NCBI GenBank assembly: GCA_963668645.2
Contig: CAXXWC010000021.1
Span: 288,001 to 352,000 of the forward strand
DNA: 64,000 nt
Direction of reading: 5' to 3'
DNA from: Desulfobacterales bacterium
GTDB taxonomy: Bacteria; Desulfobacterota; Desulfobacteria; Desulfobacterales; UBA2174
In this document: in pieces, positions 19,211-29,086 of the stretch
How the letters are laid out: the number at the start of each line of letters is the position of its first letter
Numbering within the stretch: position 1 is the stretch's first letter
The notes under the pieces: generated by a model
Told to the model about the DNA's origin: nothing
The model's database searches: none
Seen by the model: only the letters and a program-made list of their open reading frames with translations
Position numbers and translations under genes: made by a program

Positions 19211-19761
19211 ATCTCGCCCTTTGTACCCTGCTGGCCGAGGCTGCGGAGGCCAAGGCGACGGCCATGAATGTACCGATGGTCATCGCCCTGGTCGATGGCC
19301 GCGGCGAACTGCTCTACTTCGCCCGTATGGCCGGTGCCCTGCCCGCATCCAACGAAATCGCCGTGGCCAAGGCCTACACCGCAGCGGCCCTGCGTATGCC
19401 CACGGAGCAGGCCGGCGCCCTGGTCCAGCCAGGACAAGTCCTCTACGGCATCGCCGCCGGGCTCTCGCGACCGATAATCACCTTCGGCGGCGGCCGGCCC
19501 ATCTGCTTCAAGGGAGAAACCATCGGCGCCATGGGTGTCAGCGGCGGCACCGTGTCCCAAGACATGACGGTGGTCGATGCCGGCCTGGCCTGCTGCGAAA
19601 AGATAGAAGCGTTTTACGATTTGATCGCCGCGCTGGTTCCGGCCGGCAGCCGCTGGACGGCAGCCGCCGGTCCGGCCCTGCACCGGACACTCGGCGAGTT
19701 GTTGCCGGCGATGGATGCCGAACAGACCCGTGCGCTGGCCGGAGGGATCCTGCTTGCCTGA
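19201..19761 (+). CDS. GlcG/HbpS-type heme-binding protein (PduO C-domain-like)
   Basis: IALVD.RG, AVAKAYTA, FGGG.PI, IGAMGVSGG...QD. Confidence 0.88.
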   Translation: MQLNLALCTLLAEAAEAKATAMNVPMVIALVDGRGELLYFARMAGALPASNEIAVAKAYTAAALRMPTEQAGALVQPGQVLYGIAAGLSRPIITFGGGRPICFKGETIGAMGVSGGTVSQDMTVVDAGLACCEKIEAFYDLIAALVPAGSRWTAAAGPALHRTLGELLPAMDAEQTRALAGGILLA

Positions 19762-19886
19762 CGATCTTTGTACGTGTTGGTTGATGCACCGGTGTTCCGG
19801 GGACCGGGCCTGCGGGCCGCCTTTGCAGAACGCCGCAGTACCGGCCACGCCCAGTTCAACTCATTCCCGTGGCAAAGGAGCGTTTT

Positions 19887-21287
19887 ATGTCCATCGATGA
19901 AAAAACCCTGACCGGAGTCCTTCAAGAAGTCCTGCAACAGCTCGTGCAGGAAAACAACACGATGGCTGCGCCCTCGTCCGGCTGCGTTTACGACAGCGTC
20001 GACGAAGCCGTCAAAAACGCCATTGTGGCCCAGCGCCAGCTCATCGCCCTGCCCCTGGCCGCCCGCGATAAAATGATCGCCGCCATGCGGCGCACGGCTC
20101 TCGAACACAACGAGGACCTTTCGCAGATGGCCGTTAGCGAAACCAAGCTGGGCCGCTACGAGGACAAGGTGCGTGAAAACATCCTGTGCGCTACCAAAAC
20201 CCCGGGAACCGAAGATATCCAGCCGGCGGCGCGAACCGGCGATAACGGCCTCATGCTGCTCGAATACGCGCCGGTGGGCGTCATCGGGGCACTGACGCCA
20301 GTGACCAATCCCACCGGCACCTTCATCCACAACGGCATCAGCATGCTGGCGTCCGGCAACGCCGTGATCTTCAATCCCCATCCCAGCGCGCGGGCCACCA
20401 GCACCAAAATGGTCGAGCTGCTCCACGAGGCCGTGGTATCGGCCGGCGGCCCCCCGAGTATCATCGCCACGATCCGCAATCCGACCCTGGAAACCGCCGC
20501 CCAGATCATCAACCACCCGGACATCAACATGCTGGTGGCCACCGGCGGAAAACCGGTGGTCAAGGCAGTGCTCTCCTCGGGCAAGAAGGCCATCGGCGCC
20601 GGTGCCGGCAACCCCCCGGCCCTGGTGGACGAAACAGCCCACATCCGCCATGCCGCCGAGAGCATCATCAACGGTGCGAGCATCAACAACAACATCTTTT
20701 GCACCTGTGAAAAAGAAGTCATCGTGGTGGACGAGGTGGCCGACTCGCTGATCAAGTTCATGCAGGAGGACGGCCGCGCCTACCTGCTGTCACCGGAAGA
20801 GGCTCACAAGGTCACCGAACTGGTGGTCACCACCGAAGGCAAGATCAACCGGGCCTTTGTCGGCCGCAACGTCCAGGTCATCCTCAGCGAAATCGGAATA
20901 AGCCTCGACAAGAAGTACCGCGTGGCGATTTTCGAAGCGCCCCAGGACCATCCCCTGGTCTGGATCGAGCAGATGATGCCGATTCTGCCCATCGTGCGCG
21001 TGGCCGATGTCCAGGAAGGGATCCGCCTCGGGGTCCGGGTCGAGCAGGGCAACCGCCATACGGCCATCATGCACTCGACCAACGTGGACAACCTCACCGC
21101 CTTTGCCCGGGCCGTACAGACCACCATCTTCGTCAAGAACGGTCCGGCCTATGCCGGCATCGGCATGGGCGGCGAGGGGCATACCGCCTTTACCATCGCC
21201 GGGCCCACCGGAGAGGGTTTGACATCGGCACGCACCTTCACGCGCCAGCGGCGCTGCACTCTGGTGGAAGGCTTTCGTATCGTTTGA
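19887..21287 (+). CDS. pduP: CoA-acylating aldehyde dehydrogenase (PduP/EutE)
   Basis: N-terminal EP, PVTNP, GAGAGNPP, NNIFCTCEKE, TIAGPTGEGLTSARTFTRQRRC. Confidence 0.95.
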   Translation: MSIDEKTLTGVLQEVLQQLVQENNTMAAPSSGCVYDSVDEAVKNAIVAQRQLIALPLAARDKMIAAMRRTALEHNEDLSQMAVSETKLGRYEDKVRENILCATKTPGTEDIQPAARTGDNGLMLLEYAPVGVIGALTPVTNPTGTFIHNGISMLASGNAVIFNPHPSARATSTKMVELLHEAVVSAGGPPSIIATIRNPTLETAAQIINHPDINMLVATGGKPVVKAVLSSGKKAIGAGAGNPPALVDETAHIRHAAESIINGASINNNIFCTCEKEVIVVDEVADSLIKFMQEDGRAYLLSPEEAHKVTELVVTTEGKINRAFVGRNVQVILSEIGISLDKKYRVAIFEAPQDHPLVWIEQMMPILPIVRVADVQEGIRLGVRVEQGNRHTAIMHSTNVDNLTAFARAVQTTIFVKNGPAYAGIGMGGEGHTAFTIAGPTGEGLTSARTFTRQRRCTLVEGFRIV

Positions 21288-21323
21288 CCCTGGCGCTGCC
21301 GCCAAATGAAAGGACCCCCTGCG

Positions 21324-21764
21324 ATGAACCTGGACCAGGCCCTGACCGTGATGGCCGCCGCATGTCGCGAGGCCGAGGCCAACAACGTGGCCATCGCTAT
21401 CGCCGTGGTGGATGCCGGCGGCAATCTCGTCGCTCAGCAGCGCATGGACGACGCCCCGCCGGTGTGCAACGAGATTGCCCGCAACAAGGCCTACACTGTC
21501 GTGACTTCGGGGCTCAGCGTCCCGGAACTCTTCCCTCTGGAACGATGCGACCAGCCGGTTTACGGCGTCCACCACGCCGCCGGCAGCCCGATGATAGTCT
21601 TCGGCGGCGGGCTGCCGGTGGTGCACCAGGGCTGCATCGTAGGTGGCATCGGGGTCAGCGGCGGCGGCACCGAGCAGGACATCAACTGTGCCCAGGCCGG
21701 GCTTTTGGCTCTGACGTCCCACCCGTCCTGGACCTGGACGGCGCCGCTGGCAGAAGCCGGATAG
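21324..21764 (+). CDS. Second GlcG/HbpS-type heme-binding protein
   Basis: IAVVDAGGNL..RMD, ARNKAYT, FGGGLP, GGIGVSGG..EQD. Confidence 0.88.
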   Translation: MNLDQALTVMAAACREAEANNVAIAIAVVDAGGNLVAQQRMDDAPPVCNEIARNKAYTVVTSGLSVPELFPLERCDQPVYGVHHAAGSPMIVFGGGLPVVHQGCIVGGIGVSGGGTEQDINCAQAGLLALTSHPSWTWTAPLAEAG

Positions 21765-21773
21765 GAGGTCGTA

Positions 21774-22076
21774 ATGAAACTGAAACTGATCAAGGCCCCC
21801 CAGGAAAGATTCCTGCGCCTGCTCACAGATCACCTGCACCCGGCAGAGCGCAAGTCGTTTGAGGATCACAAATGGGGGGCCGTAGGCCTGGTCCAGGCGT
21901 CCCTGATCAACCTGTACTGGGCTGCTGATGCGGCCGAAAAGGCCAGCCCGGTGGCCGTGACTCTGGTCCATGGAAGCTGCCCCCAGCATACCCAGATGCT
22001 GGCCATCTTCGGCAAACAGGCCGACGTGGTCGCGGCCCTGGACAAGATCCGTGAAGGTATGCAAGCGGCGGCCTGA
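21774..22076 (+). CDS. GrpU-like permuted BMC-H shell protein
   Basis: KLIKAP, GAVGLVQ, AADAAEKA and the GxCPQ motif (GSCPQH) typical of Fe-S-binding GrpU. Confidence 0.78.
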   Translation: MKLKLIKAPQERFLRLLTDHLHPAERKSFEDHKWGAVGLVQASLINLYWAADAAEKASPVAVTLVHGSCPQHTQMLAIFGKQADVVAALDKIREGMQAAA

Positions 22077-22260
22077 AGGCCTGGGCGAAACACGTTGAAA
22101 GCCGCCGGATGGATAAATCCATAGGGTCCGTTCGGAAATGGTGGACTTCGGTTCCTGGCAAGGCCCGAGGGAGTTTGCGACCGGAGAAAGAGTCAACTAT
22201 TTCGAGGACTGAAAGATACCGTTTCTGGACAGGCACTTCCGAACAAGCGACGGACACCTT

Positions 22261-23571
22261 ATGACCAGCTTGCAGGACATCAAAGAGATGGGCATCGTCG
22301 GCTCCGGCGGGGCGGGGTTTCCCACCCATATCAAGCTCGGCGCCCGGGCGCAGATCTTCATCGCCAACGCGGCCGAATGCGAGCCGCTGTTGCACAAGGA
22401 CAAGGAACTGCTGCGTACCGAAACAGAGACCTTCTTTCGGGGCCTTGAGATCTGCCTGGACCTGGTCGCGGCCGAGCGCGGGATCATCGGTGTCAAGGCC
22501 AAGTACCAGGATCTGATCACCCTCCTGCGCCGGCATTGCCCGGCGCGGGTTACGATCGTCGGCCTGAAGGATTTTTACCCCGTGGGCGACGAGGTGACCC
22601 TGATCTACGAGACCACCGGCCGCATCGTGCCGCCCGGGGCCCTGCCGATCAGTCAAAACGTGGTGGTCAACAACGTGGAGACGATCTACAACATCGGCCG
22701 CGGCACGCCCCTGGTCTCCAAGTTCCTGAGCGTCGGCGGCGCCGTCAGACGCCCGATGAGCATCGAGGTGCCCATCGGCACCGCCTTTGCCGAAGTGCTG
22801 GCCCCGGCCGAGCCGCTCTTGCAACGGTACGCAGTCATCGTCGGCGGCCCCATGATGGGCCAGTTGGCCCAAAGCCTGGATGCACCGGTGACCAAAACCA
22901 CCGGCGGCCTGCTGGTCTTTCCCGAGGACCACACCCTGGTCAGACGCTACCGGACGGCCGCCTCGCCGGCACAGGTCAACCGCATCGGCAAGGCGGCCTG
23001 CGACCAGTGCGCCATCTGTTCCGAACTGTGCCCGCGGCACCTGCTCGGCCATCCCATCACGCCCCATCAGGCCATGCGCACCCTGGCTTTTTCCAACCGG
23101 CAATCCGATGAAACAACCCTCGAAGCGCATACCATGTACTGCTGTGAGTGCAACCTGTGCTCTCTGATGGCCTGTCCCGAGGGACTCTACCCGGCCCAGC
23201 GCTGCATGGCGCAAAAACGCCGCGCCATGGCGGTGCGCGAACGCTTCGATCCGCCGCCCGCCCCGACGGCCCATCCGTTGATCGACTACCGGCGCACCCC
23301 GATCTCGAAGATCATGGCGCGCCTCGACCTGAACCGCTTTGTCAACACCGGACCGCTCAGCGCAGTGACGCTGCGCCCGGCGCACTTGACCGTGCGGCTC
23401 GACCAGCACATCGGGGCGGTGGCCAGCGCCCTGGTGCAACCGGGCGAAACGGTGGAAAAGTATCAGAAAATCGCCACCGTGGGCGAGAAACTCGGGGCCG
23501 AGATTCACGCCCCGGCCTCCGGGCGGGTGGTGGACGTCGATGGGCGTCGGATAATGATCAAAGCCGACTAG
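22261..23571 (+). CDS. pduS: Cobalamin reductase PduS (RnfC-like)
   Basis: GIVGSGGAGFPTHIK, NAAECEPLL, GGPMMG, CDQC..C...CPRHLLGH, CCECNLC...CP. Confidence 0.92.
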   Translation: MTSLQDIKEMGIVGSGGAGFPTHIKLGARAQIFIANAAECEPLLHKDKELLRTETETFFRGLEICLDLVAAERGIIGVKAKYQDLITLLRRHCPARVTIVGLKDFYPVGDEVTLIYETTGRIVPPGALPISQNVVVNNVETIYNIGRGTPLVSKFLSVGGAVRRPMSIEVPIGTAFAEVLAPAEPLLQRYAVIVGGPMMGQLAQSLDAPVTKTTGGLLVFPEDHTLVRRYRTAASPAQVNRIGKAACDQCAICSELCPRHLLGHPITPHQAMRTLAFSNRQSDETTLEAHTMYCCECNLCSLMACPEGLYPAQRCMAQKRRAMAVRERFDPPPAPTAHPLIDYRRTPISKIMARLDLNRFVNTGPLSAVTLRPAHLTVRLDQHIGAVASALVQPGETVEKYQKIATVGEKLGAEIHAPASGRVVDVDGRRIMIKAD

Positions 23572-23664
23572 CCCGCATGCCGCCTGCACAGCGGCGCCAA
23601 CGCCGTGCGCCGGTCCGCACCAATGCTCAAAAGCGGTTCGGCCGCACCGAGAGGAAAGAAAACG

Positions 23665-24219
23665 ATGTCGCTTGCGATCGGAATACTGGAACTGTCGAGC
23701 ATCGCCGCCGGATACCAGGTGCAGGACGCGATGCTCAAGGCGGCCGAAATCGACCGGCTGATGGCAAGAACGATCTGCCCGGGCAAGTACGTCGTCGTGG
23801 TGGGCGGCAAGGTGGCGGCGGTCAAGACCGCCATGACCGCCGGGGAGGCCGTGGCCGGCGGCTTTTTCGTCGACCGCCTCCTGTTGTCCAGCGTCGATGC
23901 GCGGGTCTTTCCGGCCCTGACCGGCAGCGTGGCGCTGCCGGCCACGGCCCGCAAGGCCCTGGGCATCATCGAAACCTTCTCAGTGGCCGCTGCGGTGCAG
24001 GCCGCCGATGCGGCCGTCAAGGCCGCCAACATCACCCTCTTGCGGGTTCACATCGCCATGGCCATCGGCGGCAAGGGATATCTGCTGGCCTGCGGCGACA
24101 TCGGGGCGGTCAAAACCGCAGTGGCCGCGGGGGTCGCCAGCATCCAGGACCAGGGGGTACTGGCAAACCAGGTGGTCATCTCCGGGGCCTCCGAGGCGCT
24201 TTTCGAAGATTGCATATAG
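23665..24219 (+). CDS. pduT: BMC-T shell protein PduT (Fe-S)
   Basis: AIGILELSSIAAG, TICPGKY, ALGIIET, IGGKGY. Confidence 0.92.
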   Translation: MSLAIGILELSSIAAGYQVQDAMLKAAEIDRLMARTICPGKYVVVVGGKVAAVKTAMTAGEAVAGGFFVDRLLLSSVDARVFPALTGSVALPATARKALGIIETFSVAAAVQAADAAVKAANITLLRVHIAMAIGGKGYLLACGDIGAVKTAVAAGVASIQDQGVLANQVVISGASEALFEDCI

Positions 24220-24277
24220 ACCGCCCAAACACCGGCCGGGATCGCCTCGCCGGCGGCAAAGTCGCAGAAAGATCCGC

Positions 24278-24826
24278 ATGTACCATAAAAGCGAAAATAT
24301 GACGAAGGGCGGCCGGAGATCCCCGGATCGTAAAAACGCGCCCTCGTTCATCTATGAAATCCTCTACGGCCGGCAGCGGTTTCTTGCCGGCCGCAGCGAT
24401 GGGCATGCCGGCAAGTTGTGGCGCGGGATCAGAGTCGACGCCCACATCCCCACCGCGGCCCTCGATGCCCTGGCAGCCATCGGCCGGCTGGAATTGCGAT
24501 CTTCCTGCGAGGGCTCGGGACCGGACCGGCCGACATTTCTCATCCTGCGCTTCAACGGGCCGGAAAACCAGGCCACGTTGCAGGCCTTTGTCGCCGGAAT
24601 GAACAGCTTTGACGATATCGCCTGCGGTGCGGACCGCGGCGCCATGGGCCGTATGCGCGTGGGGATCACCACCGCGATCTGGTATCGCAGGGACCCGGCG
24701 GCCTTCGAACGCTGGTGGCACGATCTGCCGCTGAAAATACAAGTCGTGCTGGAGGTTGTCGATCAGCTGACCGCGGCTCAGCCGGTGCCCCCTGAGCGCC
24801 GGCCCCCGTCCCGCACACCACATTGA
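24278..24826 (+). CDS. Hypothetical protein between pduT and pta
   Basis: Co-oriented ORF filling the gap with globular-looking composition; start uncertain (24278 or 24299). Confidence 0.55.
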   Translation: MYHKSENMTKGGRRSPDRKNAPSFIYEILYGRQRFLAGRSDGHAGKLWRGIRVDAHIPTAALDALAAIGRLELRSSCEGSGPDRPTFLILRFNGPENQATLQAFVAGMNSFDDIACGADRGAMGRMRVGITTAIWYRRDPAAFERWWHDLPLKIQVVLEVVDQLTAAQPVPPERRPPSRTPH

Positions 24827-24867
24827 CCGAACCGATCGGCAACAGAAAGAACCAGGGAGCAGAACCG

Positions 24868-26985
24868 ATGGCCAAGAGCCTCTACATCGTCGCCCCCCAG
24901 CCCCACAGCGGCAAGTCGGCCGTTGTCCTGGGGGTCATGCAACTGCTGCTGCGCCACGTGCGCAAGGTCGGATTTTTCCGGCCGATCATCAACCCGGTAC
25001 GCCCCGATGGCGAAGATCCGGACATCGATCTGGTCCTTTCACACTTCTACCTCGGCATGCGCTCCAAGGCCAACTGGGCACTGACCATGGACGAGGTCAA
25101 GCAGCTGCTCAACCAGGGCCGCCGGTCCCAGGTGATGGAAATCATCCTCAACCGTTACAAGCAGATCGAATCGCAGCATCAATTCGTGCTTTGCGAGGGG
25201 ACCGATTTTAGTCCGGGCAGCGAAGTCTTCGAGTTCGATCTTAACGCCATGATCGCCGCAAACCTCGGCTGCCCGGCCCTGGTCGTGGTCAACGGCGCCG
25301 GGGAGACGGTCGAAGCGCTGGTCGGCCAAACCCGGCTGGCCATGGAACGGCTGCGCGACAAGGGGGTCGATCTGTTCGGGGTCGTGGTCAACCGGGCCCG
25401 GCCCGAGGCGATGGAAGCCATCGTTGCGGCCCTGCGCAATAACATCGGTGATGCCATCTGTCATGAGTGTCTGTTTTACGCCATTCCGCAGATCGATTCG
25501 CTGGCTCGCCCCACGGTGGGTGACGTGCAAAAAAAGCTGAGCGCAGCGGTGCTCCACGGCCGGGAACATCTCGACAGCCTGATCGAAGACTATGCCGTGG
25601 CGGCCATGCAGTCGTCCAACTTTCTCGGGGAACTTAAACCCAACAGCCTCGTGGTGACCCAGGGCGATCGCACCGATATCATCCTGGCCTGCCTCGCTTC
25701 GCAGATCTCTTCTGCCTTCCCGCCGATTGCGGGGATTCTGCTCACCGGCGGCCTCACCCCGTCGCCAGCTATCGTACGGCTCATCGAAACGATGAACGGC
25801 GTACCGCTGCCGGTGCTGTGCGTCGAGGCGCCGACCTTTCCCGTAGCCGCACAGCTCAACCGTCTCCACGGGCGCATCGCCCCGGGCGACGCCAAGAAGA
25901 TCGCCACGGCCCTGGGGGCTTTCGAAAGCCACATCGACACCCGGCAGTTGCAGGAAAAGCTCGTTACTCACCGCTCGCTGCGCGTCACCCCCAAGATGTT
26001 CGAATACAGCCTGATCGAGAAGGCCAAGCAACACAAACGGCACATCGTACTGCCCGAGGGGGAAAGCGAGCGGATCTTGGCTGCCGCCGACATCCTGCTG
26101 CGGCGCAAGGTCTGCGATCTGACGCTGCTCGGCCGCGAGGCCGAGGTGCGCACCAGGATCTCCAAGTTGGGCCTCGACCTCAGAGCCGTGCCGATCATTT
26201 ACCCGGCCCTGAGCCCGAACTTCGACGACTACGTCTCGACCTACTACACGATGCGCCGCGAAAAAGGCCTCACCCTGGAGCAGGCCCGCGACGCCATGGC
26301 CGACACCACCGTCTTCGGCACCATGATGGTCCACAAGGGCCACGCCGACGGGATGGTCTCCGGCTCGATCCACACCACGGCCCACACCATCACCCCGGCC
26401 TTTCAGATCATCAAGACCCGCCCGGATGCCTCCATCGTCTCTTCGGTGATGCTCATGTGCCTGCGCGACCGGGTTCTGGTCTTCGGCGACTGCGCCGTCA
26501 ACCCCAACCCCACCGCGGCACAATTGGCCGAAATCGCAGCTGTCTCGGCCCACACGGCCCGGATCTTCGGCATCGAACCGCGCGTGGCCATGCTCTCCTA
26601 CTCCACGGGCAACTCGGGCCGCGGCGCCGAGGTGGAAAAGGTGGTCGAAGCCACGGCCATCGCCCGGGAAAAGTACCCTGACCTGCTCCTGGACGGACCG
26701 CTGCAGTACGATGCGGCCATCGATCCGCTGGTGGCCCAAACCAAGCTGCCCGACAGTAAGGTGGCCGGTCGCGCCACGGTCTTTATCTTTCCCGACCTGA
26801 ACACCGGCAACAACACGCACAAGGCCGTGCAGCGGGCCTCGGACGAAGTGGTGGCCATCGGGCCGGTGCTCCAGGGGCTCAACAAGCCGGTCAACGACCT
26901 GAGCCGGGGCTGTACGGTCGCGGATATCGTCAACACCGTCGCCATCACGGCGATCCAGGCCCAGGCCAGCGCGGGTCTGATCTGA
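24868..26985 (+). CDS. pta: Phosphate acetyltransferase, long form, copy 1
   Basis: N-terminal BioD-like and DRTGG domains, IVLPEG, FGDCAVNPNP, DGPLQYDAA, FPDLNTGNN, NDLSRG. Confidence 0.95.
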   Translation: MAKSLYIVAPQPHSGKSAVVLGVMQLLLRHVRKVGFFRPIINPVRPDGEDPDIDLVLSHFYLGMRSKANWALTMDEVKQLLNQGRRSQVMEIILNRYKQIESQHQFVLCEGTDFSPGSEVFEFDLNAMIAANLGCPALVVVNGAGETVEALVGQTRLAMERLRDKGVDLFGVVVNRARPEAMEAIVAALRNNIGDAICHECLFYAIPQIDSLARPTVGDVQKKLSAAVLHGREHLDSLIEDYAVAAMQSSNFLGELKPNSLVVTQGDRTDIILACLASQISSAFPPIAGILLTGGLTPSPAIVRLIETMNGVPLPVLCVEAPTFPVAAQLNRLHGRIAPGDAKKIATALGAFESHIDTRQLQEKLVTHRSLRVTPKMFEYSLIEKAKQHKRHIVLPEGESERILAAADILLRRKVCDLTLLGREAEVRTRISKLGLDLRAVPIIYPALSPNFDDYVSTYYTMRREKGLTLEQARDAMADTTVFGTMMVHKGHADGMVSGSIHTTAHTITPAFQIIKTRPDASIVSSVMLMCLRDRVLVFGDCAVNPNPTAAQLAEIAAVSAHTARIFGIEPRVAMLSYSTGNSGRGAEVEKVVEATAIAREKYPDLLLDGPLQYDAAIDPLVAQTKLPDSKVAGRATVFIFPDLNTGNNTHKAVQRASDEVVAIGPVLQGLNKPVNDLSRGCTVADIVNTVAITAIQAQASAGLI

Positions 26986-27249
26986 ACCAGGCGTCCCGGC
27001 ACTCCCAGGCCGAATGGATCCTGCCCTCGCCCGTCCAACTGCAAGGCATTGCACCGCTGCCCAAACGGCACAACCACTTCCAGAGCCACGGCGGCGTTGC
27101 GGCTCGACTTTCCGACAAATCTTGAAAAACAACCGTTGCCGCAGTTTTTTCATACCCGAGGTGTAAAAAACTTGAGGAAATGCATGACGAACCGGCCGCG
27201 GCCTGCTATCCTCGGACGCATCATCCATCACTTTTGAAAAGGAGTCGGC

Positions 27250-27393
27250 TTGGCCAGAACCAACTACAAGTTCGAAAAGCGGCAGAAGGAAATCGCCAAG
27301 AAAAAGAAAAAAGAAGAGAAGCTCAAGCGCAAACAGGAAAAGAATCCTTCCGACGCCGACGAGTCCGCCGACGCCCCACAAACGCCGGGCTGA
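27250..27393 (+). CDS. Small basic protein, 47 aa (absent from ORF track)
   Basis: AAGGAG RBS, TTG start: MARTNYKFEKRQKEIAKKKKKEEKLKRKQEK... Confidence 0.7.
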   Translation: MARTNYKFEKRQKEIAKKKKKEEKLKRKQEKNPSDADESADAPQTPG

Positions 27394-27552
27394 GCGGTTT
27401 CCGCCACCCGGCGGTCGTAACGAGCCAGGAGCGGTGGGAGGCGATGCCAAAGCAATGGGCATAAAAGTGCAAGGCGGGCAGGATAACAACGGCCCCTTTG
27501 CCGCCCATCGGCAGCAAAGGGGTTGCCCTGCGTTTTCAGTCGATCGGCCGCA

Positions 27553-29037
27553 CTAACGCAACGTGGAAACCCCGATCGGCACTTCCATTAAGGCCGGCGC
27601 CAACTTCTCGTCCTTGCGGGCCTCGCGTTTGCCCGCTGGATACCACAACCCGATGGCCCGGGCCCCTAGGGGGATGCCGACGGCAGCGGCCACGAGCACC
27701 AGGGTCGTCCAGCCGCCGTAGGTGGCGTAGAAGATCGGACTGAGCGAGACCAGAAACAGCTCGATGGGCGCGATGATGATGTAGGCCAGCCCGTAGTCCT
27801 CCAGGGTCCCGCTCTCGTAGTCTGGATCCACGATGCGCAGCAGAGTGACGCCGAAGGCCACCACCCCGGTACACCAGCCGAAGTTGAAGATTCCGCGTTC
27901 GAACCAATAGTTGTTCAACATCCGCGGGGCCATCACCAACAGGTTGAAGACGACCCACAAAATCCCCACGATCACCAAAAAGAGCAGCGGCTGCCAGAAG
28001 GTGAGCACCACCGAGATCTTGATCGAGGCGATGCCGAAGCCGACCATGAAATCAGATACCCCGCTGCCCATGCGGGTAACGATCTTCTTGTCCACGTAGC
28101 CGTCCAATCCGATGACATGCAAGAGCTTCTGCAGGACCATGGCCGCCAGGATGGCCGTACAGACCTCCGGCATGTAGAGCGGCTTGCCACCGATGGTCAG
28201 CCAGCGGATCGCACCGATCCACTTGGTCAGGTAAAGCCCGGCCAGCGTAGCCGTGCCCACCAGGGCTGCATGCCAGGCCAGCGGATCGATGGACATGGGC
28301 GAAACGGTCGTCTCTCCGATGGGTGTACGTTCCGCAGCCGGGATCAGCCCGGTGCGCAGGGCTTGCGGCAGCGATTCGGCCTCCTTGACGATGCGGGTGT
28401 AGCCGTGCCGCGTAGCGAATCGGATCAGAACCACGCCGCCGAAGATGGCCACCAGCAGTCCGATGGTCGCCATGGTCATTCCCACGGAAATGGCATCGTG
28501 AAAGCCGAACTTTTCCAGGGTCCCACCGATGGCGGTGGCGTAACCGTGTCCGCCGGCGAAGCCTGCCGGCAGCATCCAGGCAAAGCCCTCGTGCAGCGAG
28601 GGCCAAAGCATCTTCATGACCGTCACCCCGAGAACGGCCGCCAGGGCGAACTGAGCCACTTCGGCAAAAACGTTGAACATCAGGGTGCTTCCGGCCTTGT
28701 CGAAGACCTCACGCCGCGACTGGGTGCGCCCCTGACCGATGGGCAGGGTGGCGAACAAGACGACCACCAGCAGCCAGGCGTACTTTCCCATTATCGCGGA
28801 AAAAGGCACTAGGTCGAGCAGTTGGGGGCCGAGCAGGAGGCCGAAAAATCCGGCGATTACCGAAGCCGGGATGAAGTAGTCCTGTAAAATGCCCACCTTG
28901 GCCCGCAGCACCTTGCCGACACAAAGCAACATCGCCATGAAGCCGAAATCCATCAGCACAGCAAGGGGCGCACCCTTCATCACCCCGGCGATCACGGCGG
29001 GATTCTTGACGGCTTCGACAACCAGTTCGGGTGTCAT
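27553..29037 (-). CDS. GltS/ESS-family sodium symporter
   Basis: Multi-TM; IPASVIAG, GFAGGHGYA, ATIGLLVAIFGG, LLRIVDP. Confidence 0.85.
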   Translation of the reverse strand: MTPELVVEAVKNPAVIAGVMKGAPLAVLMDFGFMAMLLCVGKVLRAKVGILQDYFIPASVIAGFFGLLLGPQLLDLVPFSAIMGKYAWLLVVVLFATLPIGQGRTQSRREVFDKAGSTLMFNVFAEVAQFALAAVLGVTVMKMLWPSLHEGFAWMLPAGFAGGHGYATAIGGTLEKFGFHDAISVGMTMATIGLLVAIFGGVVLIRFATRHGYTRIVKEAESLPQALRTGLIPAAERTPIGETTVSPMSIDPLAWHAALVGTATLAGLYLTKWIGAIRWLTIGGKPLYMPEVCTAILAAMVLQKLLHVIGLDGYVDKKIVTRMGSGVSDFMVGFGIASIKISVVLTFWQPLLFLVIVGILWVVFNLLVMAPRMLNNYWFERGIFNFGWCTGVVAFGVTLLRIVDPDYESGTLEDYGLAYIIIAPIELFLVSLSPIFYATYGGWTTLVLVAAAVGIPLGARAIGLWYPAGKREARKDEKLAPALMEVPIGVSTLR

Positions 29038-29086
29038 ATCGTTTTTTCCTTTGCTCAGTTGACGTTGGTTCGATCGGATGCGGCCG

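Noticed and set aside
25039..27489. 816-aa antisense ORF (similarly 30797-33064, 12062-13633, 21907-23589, 34743-36311, 43080-44636)
   Set aside because: Shadow frames opposite well-supported genes in GC-rich DNA; no recognisable motifs.
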